A stretch of 64,000 bases of DNA from Octopus vulgaris (GCA_951406725.2 OX597823.1:2542001-2606000); one strand, 5' to 3'. Counted from the first letter of the stretch, positions 40,084-54,253 are shown. Program-made: numbers and translations. The notes: generated by a model not told the origin, from the sequence alone.

Positions 40084-40915
40084 GTGTGCGTCTATACAAA
40101 CATATATGTGAATATGCATACAACCTTCAGCAAAGTAACAGTCATGTACACAACTTGGACGGACATATGCCAGTACACGGACATACGTTCACATACACAT
40201 ACACATGTACACACTCTCACAGACACGTCTGCCCATTCTCCTAGACACTCACATACATACGTAGCACATGAATACAAACATACATACATACCTACGTATG
40301 GGCATACACACGTACATACGCACGTACATGTACGCACACACATACATGGGCACATGCATACGAGCGCGTATACATACATACGCACATGCGTACGTATGTA
40401 CATACACACATACATACACACATACATACATACATACATACATACATACATACATACATACATACATACGCACATACATACATACATACGCACAATAGTA
40501 AAACAATAGTTCTGTGATATAGAGATAAAGATCTGATAATAGATTTTAGGGTATAGTTTTGGGAGTAAGCGTCGTAAATCACTTTCTAGCTTCGGCCGTA
40601 GGAAGTTGAAATTTGATAGCTTTGTGATGAGTGGTCACTCTACATCCATCCATCGCTACAGGTTTATAGCTTTATGTTTTATAGAGTGTATGTGCGTGCA
40701 TATACACACACATACATATATACATACATACATACATACATACATACATACATACATACATACATACATACATACATACATACATACATGCATATACAGG
40801 CGTATGTACGTACATGCATACGTACATACATACACACATGTATGCATACATACACACATACATACGTACATATATATGATGAACTAACTGTTACTTTCTT
40901 AGATGCAGCACGGAC

Positions 40916-40965
40916 TTTGTCAGTGAACAGGTCGCGGATTTTAGCGACGAAAATATTTTGACAAA
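40916..40965 (+). ncRNA. Minimal hammerhead-like motif with variant core
   Basis: TTTGTCA-GTGAACA-G-GTCGC-ggatttta-GCGAC-GAAA-ATAT-TT-TGACAAA. Stem I is 7 bp, stem II is 5 bp, and the helix III region is palindromic. Confidence 0.6.
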
Positions 40966-41781
40966 TTAAACTTAAATGTTGAAGTGAATCGAACGGCTTT
41001 TGTGTGTTTCTTAAATGGCTTATAAACACCTTCCACGCTGCAATAGTTTTTTTTAAAAACTATTTATGTAATTAGATATAGACAATTACCGATATTAAAT
41101 TATAGGTGGGTTTCCTACCTTATAAATTAAAATTAATATTTAACATTATAATTGATTTTGATATAATCATAATTGTTAAGTTTAAAGTTTCTAGTTTAAT
41201 AATAGAGTTTATTATAAGTAAAATTATTATATTATTTATATCTTAAAAATATTGTTTAAATATTTCTGATTATTTTTAAAATATTTCAATTAACCTGAAG
41301 ATTGAGTGTAACCATAATTCGAATTATTAATTGAATTTAAATTATTGTTATTCTAATTGGTACAGCCATGAAAGGATCGTAGTGTTTTACTCTTTATCTT
41401 TTATTAAACTTTTAATAATTTGCAATAAAAAAATAAAATAGTAATAATAAAAAAAGAAAATTAATTAATTAATTAATTAATAAAATAATATATAAATATA
41501 AAAATATACATACATACATATATATATATATATTTGTATATATATATATAAAATTTATAAGTTTAAATTATTTAAATAATTTTTTATTTTTAACTTTTAT
41601 ATTTTAAAAAAAATTTTATGTATTGGCTTATGTTCTTCACTGTTTGATTTGCCTAATAGTGGTTCTATCTCTAATTTAATATGATATATATATATATATA
41701 TGCATATGTATATATAATATATAAATGTATATACATATATGTATGTATGTATGTATGTATGTACGTACGTATGTATGTATG

Positions 41782-41815
<34 letters not shown>

Positions 41816-41983
41816 TGTATGTATGTATGTATCGGTGCAGGTATGGCTGCGTGGTAAGAAGCTTTATTCTCAAACTCATGGTTGCGGTGTTCAGTCCCAC
41901 TACAAGGAACCATGGGCATATGTCATCTAAAATAACTTCAGGCGATCCAACACTGTGAATGGGTCTATTATGAGAAGCTCGTC

Positions 41984-42029
<46 letters not shown>

Positions 42030-42031
<2 letters not shown>

Positions 42032-44598
42032 CCGGGGGGGGGGGAGTGTCTGTCTATCTGTCTCTGTTTAGCTCCACCTCTAATCGATTGATAACTGAAG
42101 CTGATGTATGTATATATATGTAACGGTGTAACCGAGAATAAGACTTGGCGTCGATTTGTTCGCCTATGTGCGGTGCCTCAGCATGGCCGTAGTCAAGTTA
42201 CTGAGAAAAGTAAAAGAATAAAAGAATATATTCACACACACACAGACACACACACAGACAAACACCCCCCCCCACACACACATATATATATATATATATG
42301 TATATATTTGTATTTCTGTCTGTGTGTTTGCCCCCACCTTCACTTCAGAACCGGTGTTGCTGTTTCTACTTCCCCGTAACTTAGCGGTTCGGCTAAACAG
42401 ATCGAGAGAATAAGAACTAGGCCTACAGAGAATAAGTTCTGGGGTCTATTTCTTCGTCTAAAAGCAGTGCTCCTGCATGGCTGCAGTCCGTGATTGTAAT
42501 AACTAAAACACATAAAAGATTACACACACACACACACACACACATACAATGGCGTCATTGTTACTGAAATCTTTATATTGATAAACAGGTAAGGAATGTG
42601 TGCATACACCCACCCACATACAATGGCTTCGTTGTTACGGAGATCTTTATATTGATAAATATAAAGATCTCGTTACATTTGCAAACATTATAGCTTTCAC
42701 TAAGCAGGAAGGCTAAACTCTAGAGCTTGACGTTCTGATTGGACCAAGTGGTGTCCTGGTTGTGCATCAAGCATCAGGTTTAAATTTTATTCATGCTTTA
42801 TTATTTTTGTTTGTTTGTTACTTTGGTCTACGTGTTTTTCAAATCTGGGCTTCGTTTCCGGCCTAGGGTTATACAATTTCTGCATATTTTCTTTATGAAA
42901 CTTTACTGCTTTTATTCGTTCCTTTTTTGTTTTTTCTTTTTCGTTTTGCTCTCTTCTGTTTTCTATTTTTTATTTTTAAGTCTCTTATTTTCATTGTTTT
43001 TGTTTTTGTTTCGTTTTTAACCTCACACACACTTAACCGGTTGAATGGAACTTCTCACAGCATCTTCCGTTTCACTTTCCGTACGAACTTTCATTCCTGC
43101 AATTTATACTATTTCCAGATTAACGTTCTGCTAGAAAACAAAGACGAATTCTCAGAAATTCATTGTCTTCAGCTCCCTATCTTCTCAGATTCTCACACAT
43201 AAACTGCACTGAACTTTATATATTTTTCATTGGCTTTCGTAATTTTATTCACAGTTCTTATTCACATGAAACCTTTTATGATTCTACCAATAAATATTTA
43301 TGAAAACCCCTTTTTCGTAACGGATGGTTTCGGTCAGCTAAATGTCGTAATCTCTCCGTTTTGTAATCAAATAGAGGAGATTCAATTCAAGGGAGACATG
43401 TTTTAGTTTCAAATATTCTTCACTTGCAAATTGTTGCATGGAATCCCTTCTCGATGACGCGTACCCTAAAACGCATGGATTAATTCAACTCTTCCGTCTT
43501 CTTCACTGAGCCTTTCACATAACTAAATCTTTCTTGGTGGAATTTGAATATTTAAACTGAATATAGGACTAGATATTCATATGAGACGCTTGATAGCTTT
43601 CCTCTTTGTAGACAGCGTTGTATAATTAACGAGCGCAGAATAACTCGGGCAATACTCCATTCCGTGTGTCCTCCTCTCGTAATAGAAGTGTCGGGTGGCT
43701 GTCATGATACACGGATAGTCTTGGACATTCAAACCATGCTGGTTCTTGTGTTTCACGAGCTCTGACAGAAACAGAATCCTTGCAGTGAGGAAGAAAAGGA
43801 GGCAGAGAGATGAGAATCGGCACAAAGAAGGGAATTAGTAATTTATCGATAATGAAACAGCGAAAGGCATAAGTGGCCTGAGAGATGAGATTCGAACAAG
43901 AATGTAGAGAAAAGGAAAGACTACACAAGAAATTCTGTTGCATGCCAATCCGATGCCAATGTTTGCTAATAGTAATGGTGCAGTGGAACATAACATATAT
44001 AGCAGGGTCACTAGCATAGCTGGCGTGGGGCGGTTGGTGTGGTCCGCCAGGGCGGCACTTTTAAAGGAAACTGTATGCGGCAAACGTAGGGGCCACCCCG
44101 TGCGGCACACATTCTAGTTCCGTTAGTGAGCACGGTGTATACGTTTCTTTTATATAATAGTAATGGAAGCACTTGAGTTTAGAAAGTAATCCGTGCTCCG
44201 TGTGGCAGAACTGATCCTAATAAAGCGGTAATTACGAAAGGTCTGTATTTCTAGGAACAATGGAGGCAGTTCTGAGAAACTGGCTCCGAAAAATCGTTTG
44301 CCGTGTGTTGGGAGAAACTGTTGAAAAGTTTCGACTCACTCGCATAGGAAAGAATTTATGTGAGAGAAGCGCAACTATTTGTATAGACATAAAGATCAAT
44401 AATAATTTATAAGCTAGGCAAAGAATGCCTACAGAAATAAACACACATGGGGAGCGCCCTGTATTGAGCCTCTTTATGTCGAAGCATCTGCAGACGTATG
44501 ACAAGTGGTGAAACATCATTTCACTATGGCAATATGAAATGGAAATATTTATCGACTTCCTACACACACAGTAGTAAGATCATGCTCTCAGGAACGAC
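42030..44598 (+). repeat. Composite repeat unit, copy 5 (ends at the start of LINE D)
   Basis: Core and MITE are colinear with the other copies. Followed by a repeat of 41918-42130 at 44598-44840. Confidence 0.9.
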
Positions 44599-44661
44599 TA
44601 TGTCATCTAACATAGCTTCAGGCGATCCAAAACTGTGAATTGGTCTATTATGAGAAGCCCG

Positions 44662-44747
<86 letters not shown>

Positions 44748-44984
44748 GCGGATGGTGCCTGTCTATCTGCCTCTGTTTATCTCCACCTCTCATCGATTGA
44801 TAACTGAAGCTGAGGTACGTATATATATGTAACGGTGTATTTTGAGCCGATAAAGTTTTTAGTTGAAGTCGACAGTCACCAATTGTAACAGCGTATTTTG
44901 AATTTTGGTGTGGTCACCTATATTATTGATGATGAAATGTTGGAGTCACCAATTGTAACGTCAGAATTTGTATTTTTTATATTT

Positions 44985-45695
44985 TATTTAGTTTCAGCTC
45001 ACAAGCGGTGGCCATGCTGGAGCACCGCCATTTGGTGTTGCTACATGATTTTACTTCACGAATGCTTTTTAGCAAATGCCTTCTAGTGCTTGAGAGAGTT
45101 TGATGCAGCTGCCCTCATCTGCACCTCCTGCCGTGAAGTTGGTTCATCTGGGAAACCTGACAAGAAGAGATCCAGTTTTATTTTAAAGACATCTGCATCC
45201 ACCCCATGCAGGTCTCTTATGTTCTTTGGGAGGATATTGAAGAGCTGTGGGCCTCGGAAGCCCAGGCTGTCACAGTATCTTGTCCTACATCTTGATGGCA
45301 AATTTGGAGTCCTAGGCACTATGCAGTGGCGCCCAGTTCTAGCATTTGTGTAACTCTCGATGCCAAAGTTTGGAACAAGTCCTTCTACAATCTTCCAGAT
45401 GTATTTTATGGCATATCTTTCTCGCCTACGCTCTAAGGAATAGAGTCTCAATATCTTGAGTCTTTCCCAATAGCTAATATGCTGCACAGAGGCTATCTTC
45501 TTCGTGTAGCTTCGTTGGGTCGCCTCAAGTTCTGTGATTAACTTGACACTGGATGGTGACCATAGCGAGAGCAATAGTCAAAGTGGCTTAGGACAAGTGT
45601 CCTTCAGAGGACTATCATGGTTTCCTGGTCTCTTGTTCTAATGGTTCTAAGAATCCTTCCGGTCAGTCGCCTACATTTCATTGCCAATTTAGCAA
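44985..45695 (-). mobile_element. LINE family B-like 3' fragment
   Basis: YSLERRRERY...GFRGPQLFNILP...DEPTSRQEVQMRAAASNSL, close to the end of B ORF2; 3' stem-loop present. Confidence 0.92.
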
Positions 45696-46363
45696 TGTAT
45701 GGTAAACTTTACTATGAAATTTTGGTGGAAGCAGTGGTAACGATAATAATTTGTGGTTATAATTGTTTACTGTAGGATGTGAAAGATGCACAATGTATAA
45801 AGTTTTAAGAAGGTATTTATTTACCGTTACGTTACAAATACCTTGCCTCAACGGACAGGTTGTGATACATCCAAAAGCATGCGAAGTAAAGTTTGTGTTT
45901 GTGTCCTCATCATTGTTTAGTAGTAATTGCTGAGACAGAATGATGTTGTAAGAGAACAGAATTAGAGCTAGAGAGAAGTGTTGGTTGTTGTCTGACAGTA
46001 AACTTCCTCTCTCCCTCTGATCAAGGTTGGTCAGCCAGACCCCCCCGTTGAGTCGTCACCGACTGTGACTGACTGATTTTTGCTTGGGATGTGCTTACTT
46101 ATATAAAGATCCAGAAGGATTGAGAACAATAGATTTAGTTGGTGGTCTTGTTATCTCTATTCTAGCTTTTTGTGAAGCAGAGGAGGCCAGAAAGGGTCAA
46201 GTGGTGAAAACATTATTTCGGCCTAGGTAAAGGCATTTGGAAAATGTAAAACTGCTGCCAGAGAAAAACCATTGTTCCACCATGGGAAAAGTTCTGTAGT
46301 AGTGTTATTTTAAATTTGGCTATGGTGGATCGAATCCACTTCATGCATGCAGGATTCACTACA
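45696..46363 (-). mobile_element. Possible solo LTR
   Basis: TGTA...TACA ends, with a minus-strand TATATAA (~46100) and AATAAA (~45820). No TSD found. Confidence 0.3.
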
Positions 46364-47516
46364 TATATATATAGTTTATATTTAGCTTTAATAACTACTG
46401 CTCAAATATGAGATTTAGTTTTAGGCAATCACCAATATAGTTGATTATTTTAAAATTCTCCTACAAAAATAAAATCCAGTCCCATAAGACGCCCTTCCTG
46501 CGATAAATGGTATTTCTCCTTTATTCCTAACATGGTCAATTTCCGAAAAAGAAAAAAAAAAGGGGAGGGGGAAACTATCGTCATAACGTCGTAAAAAAAA
46601 AATCAGTTCATATTTTCAAGGGAATGAATTGCGAAGGTAATGATTTCAAGGGGAGTAACTACGTAATATAGAATTGGAAGGGAGTTAACTCTAGCATGAG
46701 TTGTTCATAGCACTTTGTAGAATTTTGTCGGGGGAAATGCAAGATGCCTCTCTTCGAAAATCTGGATGCAAATTTCATATCTGGTTTCAGAATTTGCAAT
46801 ATACGTATTTCCAAATTATATTTAATATGACATGTAGGTATTAAAAGTTGCAAATATATGATAAAAGCTACAACAGTCATTTCCCCTGTTTTAGAGAAAG
46901 CTCTAGACTTTTTTTCCACCTACATTTCGATAGCAATGAAATCTAATGCAAAAAGATACGTGTAGCTGGATACATTCTCCTCCTGGGGGCACGAAAATAC
47001 TGCCCGACAATAAAATAACTGATGTCGCTTTGGTAGGACAACCACTTGACAATGGACGCTTGAATACAATCCATTTAGAAGGAATTTTAAATTTCTCTCT
47101 ACTTCTTCAGGAATATCTTTGATTGTCGAAGATCACAAAATTTATCAAATGGATTCCAAAGTGACATTTACAAAATCCTATTTAATCAACCGCAAATATA
47201 TCATTTCAACTAAAATGTATCGCATTAATTGATGTGTTTTCTGTTTCGAATAGGAAAAAAAATACAAACATGAAGAAATGAATGTAAATTCTTCCTATCC
47301 CCAAAAGACGCAAACTAAAATTTTCTTGTGAAGAGAATTTATTGTAGAAAATTTGCAACCACATTCGAAGCAGAAGAAATCGATCTGTAAACAAGTGTCC
47401 CAGACACTAGACAAATAATCAACATTATAACGAGCTGTTTCAGGTAGAGTTTTGATAAATAGAACACAAAACGTATTGTAAGGCAAAATTAATGTTTTAT
47501 TACTGATTCATCATAT

Positions 47517-47607
47517 AAGGCAAATAGATATGTGTAAGGCAAATAGATATGTGTAAGGCAAATAGATATGTGTAAAGCAAATAGACATGTGTAAGGCAAA
47601 TAGACAT
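47517..47607. repeat. 19-bp minisatellite, about 5 copies
   Basis: (AAGGCAAATAGATATGTGT)n. Confidence 0.9.
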
Positions 47608-47649
47608 GGAGTATAGCCCAGATACTTAACTGCTGAAAATATATTTATT

Positions 47650-47960
47650 TTGGCACAAGGTCAGTAATTTCGGGGGAATGGTGGTAATTCGATTACATCG
47701 ACCCCAGTGATCAACTGATATTTATTTCATCGACCCCGAAAGGATTACAAGGTAAAGTCAACCTCAGCAGAATTTAAACTCAGAATGTGCAATCGGAAGA
47801 AATGCCTCTAAGCATTTTCTCCGGTGTGCTAACGATTCTGCCAGCTCGTAATTAAGATATAATGATTTCAAACTTTGACACAAGGTGAGCAGTTTTGAGT
47901 GAGGCGGGCGAGTCGATTACATCGACCCCCACAGTTCAAATGCTACTTATTTAGTCGACC
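47650..47960 (+). mobile_element. Octopus-type SINE fragments (same family at ~51425-51805, 51885-52070, 60015-60140 on minus, 61790-61975, 63290-63510)
   Basis: Recurring GATTACATCGACCCCAG...CGACCCCGAAAGGATGAAAGGCAAAGTCGACCTCGGCGGAATTTGAACTCAGAA. Confidence 0.75.
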
Positions 47961-49223
47961 TTGATTACTATTGAAAATATAGCGAAATTTCATAAACACC
48001 TACAAAACAAATTCGTTTAATTGCATACCCAGTTAATTGCACAGAAATTTCAAGTGGAAATAACTATGTCATAAGATACGTTAGTTTATAATGATCCTAA
48101 AAGATACGTTGGTAGATATAAGATACGTTAGTTTATAATGATATCATAAGATACGTTAGTATATATTAGTCTTAAAAGATACGTTGGTATATAATGGTGT
48201 TGAAAGATATGTTAGTAGATAGTGGTCTACATTTTTTGATATCTTAAGCAGATTTTTATATTTAATTAAAAAGAACAGTCTTTTATTTTATACACCCAAA
48301 CACACAATGGGTTCAGTTAGGACAAAGACTTTGCTAAATATTGAATTTATTCAAATATTCTTTAATGGGTTTCAATCATTGGATTACAGTTACATTTTGG
48401 TTACGTTTTCGTGGATTACAGTCGATTAGGATGATCTCGACCTTTCCTATATTTATTATAGTATCGACTTTGGAGCACAACAAAAGTTGAAGTCAGCTTG
48501 GTGTAAACTAAAGCAGCAAATATGGATAGAAAACAAGAATGTAACTGAAGAATTTCGCTATGCCCTGGGAGAGAAGGAAAGTGACATTTCATACAACAAA
48601 GAGTGTCGGCTTCATTGGAGTAGGGTTGTCGTCATGGAAATATATTTCGAATCGAATGCAAATTGCTAATTAAAATATACCCGGTGCACAGTCTGTCTTT
48701 ATGGCTAGAATCCCTCTTCCCCTTCAGTTTTTAAAACTCAAATTAATTCAGATGAAACCAATCTGGTTAATTCAAACAGAATTGGAAAATCGAACTTCAA
48801 CTGGAGAAAAGCACAAAACCACAACATTAACTGAAGATTGCCGAAGATTATAAAAGAGAGAAACAGGAAAATATCTGTGGATTAAGTAGAGTTTGAAAGC
48901 ATCTCCTAATTATCAAATACAATAAATTTGCTGATTATTTAACTGCTAAATCAGAGATATTCAATAAATGTTGTGCATCAATAAATATCTGCTGAAAATG
49001 CAACAAGTTATACACTAACAAAATGACTGTATCAACATAATGCTATTTGCCAAGGATACGCCCATGCACACCTTCTTTTCTATCAGCAACGGAACTCTTC
49101 CTTCTTGAGCTCTACTTTCTCTTTTTATGCCACCTAAAGGAAATGTCTGTCATGTCATTATATTTTTAAATAATTACGTATATAGGCAGTTAAGGTAAAT
49201 ACCAATTATACACACACACACGA

Positions 49224-49780
49224 ATGTATGTATGTATGTATGTATGTATGTATGTATGTATGTATGTATGTATGTATGTATGTATGTATGTATGTATGTA
49301 TGTATGTATGTATGTATGTATGTATGTATGTATGTGTGTATGTATGTGTGTATGTATGTTTTTATGTATGTATGTTTGTATGTATGTATGTATGTTTTTA
49401 TGTATGTATGTATGTATGTATGTATGTATGTTTGTATGTATGTATGTATGTATGTTTTTATATATGTATGTATGTATGTTTTTATATATGTATGTATGTA
49501 TGTATGTTTGTATGTATGTATGTATGTATGTTTTATATATGTATGTATGTTTGTATGTATGTGTGTATGTATGTATGTATGTATGTATGTATGTATGTAT
49601 GTATGTATGTATGTATGTATGTATGTATGTATGTATGTTTTTATGTATGTATGTATGTATGTATGTTTTTATATATGTATGTATGTATGTATGTTTGTAT
49701 GTATGTATGTATGTTTGTATGTATGTATGTATGTATGTTTTTATGTATGTATGTATGTATGTATGTATACATACATGCAT
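49224..49780. repeat. (TATG)n microsatellite with variant units
   Basis: Seen directly in the sequence. Confidence 0.95.
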
Positions 49781-49822
49781 ACGTACATGCAACCATGCAC
49801 ACACACACATAGACGTATATAA

Positions 49823-49862
<40 letters not shown>

Positions 49863-50190
49863 ATGTGACTATATTTTTTGTTCCTGACATTGATTTTGAG
49901 GTGGAGTTAGGAATCCTAACGTCCGTTTGTCGCATCGCCTACAAAGACCAATTAAATGCCAGACTGACAATAAAATACTCAATGTGATGTGATTCACTAA
50001 ACTCCGAACGTTGTGCTCCATCATGTCCACGACCAAACTCCGAAATCTGCGAGAGAAGTAAGAGAACACATTATTGTTATTATTATTATTGCTGTTGTTG
50101 TTGTTGTTATTATTATTTGTTATTATTATTATTATTATTATTTGTTATTATTATTATCGTTATATATTTGCAATATATATATAGATATGA

Positions 50191-50221
<31 letters not shown>

Positions 50222-50288
50222 TGTATGTATGTATGTATGTATGTACACAACCACACACACACACACACACACACAGAGGCACATACAT

Positions 50289-50403
50289 TCAAATAGCGAT
50301 AGAGTTAGGAATTGAGGGAGGATACAAGACGTCGTAAAGCCGACCACGGGTTGTATTTTTGTCACTGATTTCTTTAGTAATTCTTTCCAGATTCGATTGG
50401 AAC
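50289..50403 (-). CDS. Lipoxygenase, terminal coding exon
   Basis: Acceptor ttttag, phase 2. Reads FQSNLERITKEISDKNTTRGRLYDVLYPPSIPNSIAI*; NSIAI ends in the Ile that serves as the iron ligand in lipoxygenases. Confidence 0.92.
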
Positions 50404-51803
50404 CTAAAATAGAAGAAAAGAAACAATGAGAAAGAAAGAAAATTAGAAAGACATAAACAAATACACCTCATAACAACAATTACTGCAACATAAATTAAAC
50501 TTGGTTTATAGACAATCCTTTTATATTTGATAAGATTTCAGTTTGACTCTGTTTTATTGTCTCATTTCAGTGAATTTGTAGAAAATCTTTCATCAATAAT
50601 GAACGAAGCTCTGCAAGTGTTTATATTTCTTGCTGTATTTTCGCATCGACTTTGACTTGTATATTTGACCACAACCTTTTATATGTTACTTCATATTAGC
50701 ACATTACCACACAACCTATTATCGCCTAATAATAGATATTCTACCAAAACTACATATTGTCACACTTTACCACATATCACCTTAATCCTACGGTGATACT
50801 CATTATTACAGACACAGGGTGGGTGGTGCACAAGTAGGTATACAGTTATGAAAAAAAAAGAAAACATGTACAAAATTCATTAATTTTTATCAAAACAATT
50901 AAAAGTTACGATAAATGTATTATTATGATTAATGACACTGAGAATATTAAAAATGAGGCTAACTTTTATTATTAATTTTTTTTAATAAAAATAAATGAGT
51001 ATTGTAAGAGTTTTCTTTTTTCCCGGCTGTATACCTACTTTTGAGCTTTCCTGTAAAACAAAACGTATCGCATTTTGTTATTGATAATACCTAGAAGAAG
51101 GTGCTTCTTTTCCCCTCACCAAAGTGAATGGATCTTTGGCCAAGAGGAACTGATGTCATCACACTGTGTCTCCAACGATTATCAGATGTTTCCACACTGA
51201 ACCGTAACACCCTCCTCTTTGTGATTCAGTAGAGGCGGCCAAATCTTTGCTCTTCATCTCCTCCTGGCTTCTAGCTTAACATCTCTCTCTTGCTCCTTAA
51301 TCAGCAAGCGGATATTTATTTTCCAGCATTATCACTCAGTATCACAAATTATCACATTGCCCTATATTATCGTATCACACAATCACATTAATCCAATCAG
51401 ATACCACCTAATATTGGCTTCCAATTTTTGGCACAAGGCCAGCAATTTCAGGGGAGGATGTAAGTCAGTTACATCAACCCCAGTGTTTCACTACTAATTC
51501 TGCCGACGCCCGAAAGGATGAAAAGCGAAATCAACCTCGACGGAATTTCAACTCAGAACCGGCGAAATACCTATTTCTTTATTACCCACAAGGGGCTAAA
51601 CACAGAGGGGACAAACAAGGACAGACATAGGTATTAAGTCGATTACATCGACCCCAGTGCGTAACTGGTACTTAATTTATCGACCCCGAAAGGATGAAAG
51701 GCAAAGTCGACCTCGGCGGAATTTGAACTCAGAACGTAACGCAGACGAAATACCGCTAAGCATTTCGTCCGGCGTGCTAACGATTCTGTCAGTTCGCCAC
51801 CTT

Positions 51804-51854
<51 letters not shown>

Positions 51855-52176
51855 CCTTTCCACTGGAAGCACACGGCCTCAAATTAGGGGTTAGGGTATA
51901 AGTCGATTACATCAACTCCATTGCTTGACTGGTACTTATTATATCAACCCCGAAAGGATGAAAAGCAAAGTCGACTTCGGTTGAATTTGAACTCAGAACG
52001 TAAGGACGGACGAAATGCAGCTAAGCACTTCGCCTGGCATGCTAATGATTCTGCCAGCTCGTCGCCTTCAGATACTCCCTAATATTGCAAATTATCACAT
52101 GCATATTCATACATTATCACTTTACTGTACATGATCACATATCACATACTTCACATAATCAGATATGAATACTTAC

Positions 52177-52340
52177 TCGGCGACGCATTGAAGTCCCTCT
52201 TCATGCCAGATATATTTTACATCGAAATTTCCCAGAGGATTGGTTCCTCTTTTGCTCAGGACGCTTGTGATTTTCAAAGCACCGAGAATTGTTTTTACCT
52301 CAGGCAGGGCATCTACGATATCCTTCTCGGTTCTGGGTGC
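52177..52340 (-). CDS. Lipoxygenase exon (164 nt)
   Basis: cag / gtaagt boundaries; APRTEKDIVDALPEVKTILGALKITSVLSKRGTNPLGNF...; phases match neighbouring exons. Confidence 0.9.
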
Positions 52341-52490
52341 CTGATACACGAAACAATGAAACAAATAAAAAAAGGAAATTAACCTATCAATTCATTCGTT
52401 ATTGAATAGTTTTCTGGGAAATAATATTATTAGCTTTCAAGTTTTGAGTTTGATATCGACTGAAGGGACACATTGTAAAATAAGTCTATA

Positions 52491-52568
<78 letters not shown>

Positions 52569-52939
52569 GAATTAAATTAAACACAATCGGTGAAAATTTA
52601 CACAACAAATGGAACAAGTGACAAAAACCCCTCATCAGGTGTCTATCTACAGATCCTGCAGATTTCAGTACCTTAGAACAGACCCACTAGTTTCTTCAAC
52701 TATTTATCAGTGATGGTTGACAAGAATTGATGATAAATGAGAAATGTGACGGACACTCTGATGGAAATATAATCTTGGGTCTTAGTAACTGGAAAAGCGA
52801 GAACAAAACATTAGTCTTTTACAATATATATACATATTAATACTGCAAGATAACAGAACACATGAGCAACGATGAACAAAGGAGATATAGCAATGAGGTA
52901 CAGAAAGTGACGGTGTGGCCACAAGGAAAATAAGGGACC

Positions 52940-53570
52940 CGCTTGTGTGAAAATAGGGGAGGAAGTCTGGGTTAAACCACCGAAGGCGCGTTGTACGTCT
53001 CAATGGAGCAGAGGAACGGTGACGGTGGTCAATTCCAGAAACAACGTCTGCGTGGATGGAATGCCACGACATGTCTTGGACCTTCGCAGGATTGTCGCTT
53101 CGTCAGACGACGATTGTGGAGAGGGGGGGAACGAGGTGCCTAGCCTGAGAAGATCTCGACGCGCAAGGTTGGATGGTGGACTACAATATGGAGTAGAGAG
53201 ATTGTGATCTTTAAGATCAGAGTGGCGTGTGGGATGAAGTCAGCAGCTGGGGAGCTGACCAGAAGAGGAAGGGGCAGGAGTGATGCGCGCGCAGGCAGGG
53301 CAGCATTGGGCCTTTTCGATTAGGGTAGCCGAGTGAGTCGGACGTGTGAGCTCATTGTTAAGGTAGGGGAAAAGCAGCTGCTATTTCTAGTGTTCGGGTC
53401 GGGCCGCGTGGAAGGGTGCATTACCACTGGGGAGGTCTCCGTCGACGAAGAGAAGGTAGGTGTCCTTATTTCAAATCTCCCGCATACGCCACAGGTTTCT
53501 CTGGGAGAGGCAGACTGGACAGAGAAAAAGGAAGAGATGGATGCTGGGAACAGGTGACAGTGTGCAACGG
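52940..53570 (+). mobile_element. Gypsy-like LTR retrotransposon relic (integrase C-terminus, possible LTR start)
   Basis: GEEVWVKPPKARCTSQWSRGTVTVVNSRNNVCVDGMPRHVLDLRRI resembles an integrase tail, and GC-richer DNA follows. The end point is approximate. Confidence 0.55.
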
Positions 53571-54213
53571 AAAAGGTGACAGAGAAGAGAGAGAAAGAGA
53601 GAGAACAGAGGAAGGAAGAGAAAAGAACGAGGCAACAATAATTTAAAACAGGATTACGATATATCTGTGTTCGTGTATATGTTTCTGGGTGTGTGCGCAC
53701 CCGCTCGTGCTCACGTATGCTCAACTATTAAGGTCGTCTGGACACCTCCCAGTGTAGACGCGCACATTTAACTTTGGACTGCATCCAGAATCAAACCATT
53801 CACCGAATGGAGGAGACTTCACAAACCAATACTTCTCAAACTCTTTCCTTCCCAATACATTCTGTTGCTGCTGTTGCTGCTGCTGCTGCTGCTACTACTA
53901 CTACTACTACTACTCCCCCCCGCAGTCTTTGTTCCGCTTCATCACCTCCATTTGAATCCATACTATTCTCACACAAACTCACTGTCCAGTCGTTCGTTTC
54001 GCCACGATAGCATCTTTCCTACTTTATCATACCACATTATCACATGTTATCGCATATTAACAGATATTCTCCTAATATCACATATTATTGTACATTGTTA
54101 TAGATTAACACATTATTACTCGTTATTACACATTATCATATATTATCACATATTTTTTTTATTATTTATTATCACATATCAACCCATATTAACACTATTA
54201 ATGTTATCAACAA

Positions 54214-54253
<40 letters not shown>

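Larger units (their letters stand above)
38293..41043 (+). mobile_element. Penelope-like retroelement, 5'-truncated, with inverted 5' pseudo-LTR
   Basis: RT C-terminus (LPVLDTELW, HYQKPMA) and a frameshifted GIY-YIG domain (CKTKGTVYQIKC...YISETSRSINDRFKEH...EAVCI...PTLN) at ~38842-39850. 38361-38847 is the inverse of 40529-41043. Flanked by AATAGTTTTTTT on both sides. Confidence 0.88.
35860..41318. repeat. ~290-bp AT-rich inverted repeat; right arm split by the Penelope insertion
   Basis: 35860-36147 is the reverse complement of 38204-38282 plus 41046-41318, e.g. ATAAGGTAGGAAACCCACCTATA / TATAGGTGGGTTTCCTACCTTAT. Confidence 0.8.

Noticed and set aside
36701-50365. Many YIYI, MYVC and HTHT ORFs in the track
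   Set aside because: They are translations of (TA)n, (TATG)n and (CA)n microsatellites.
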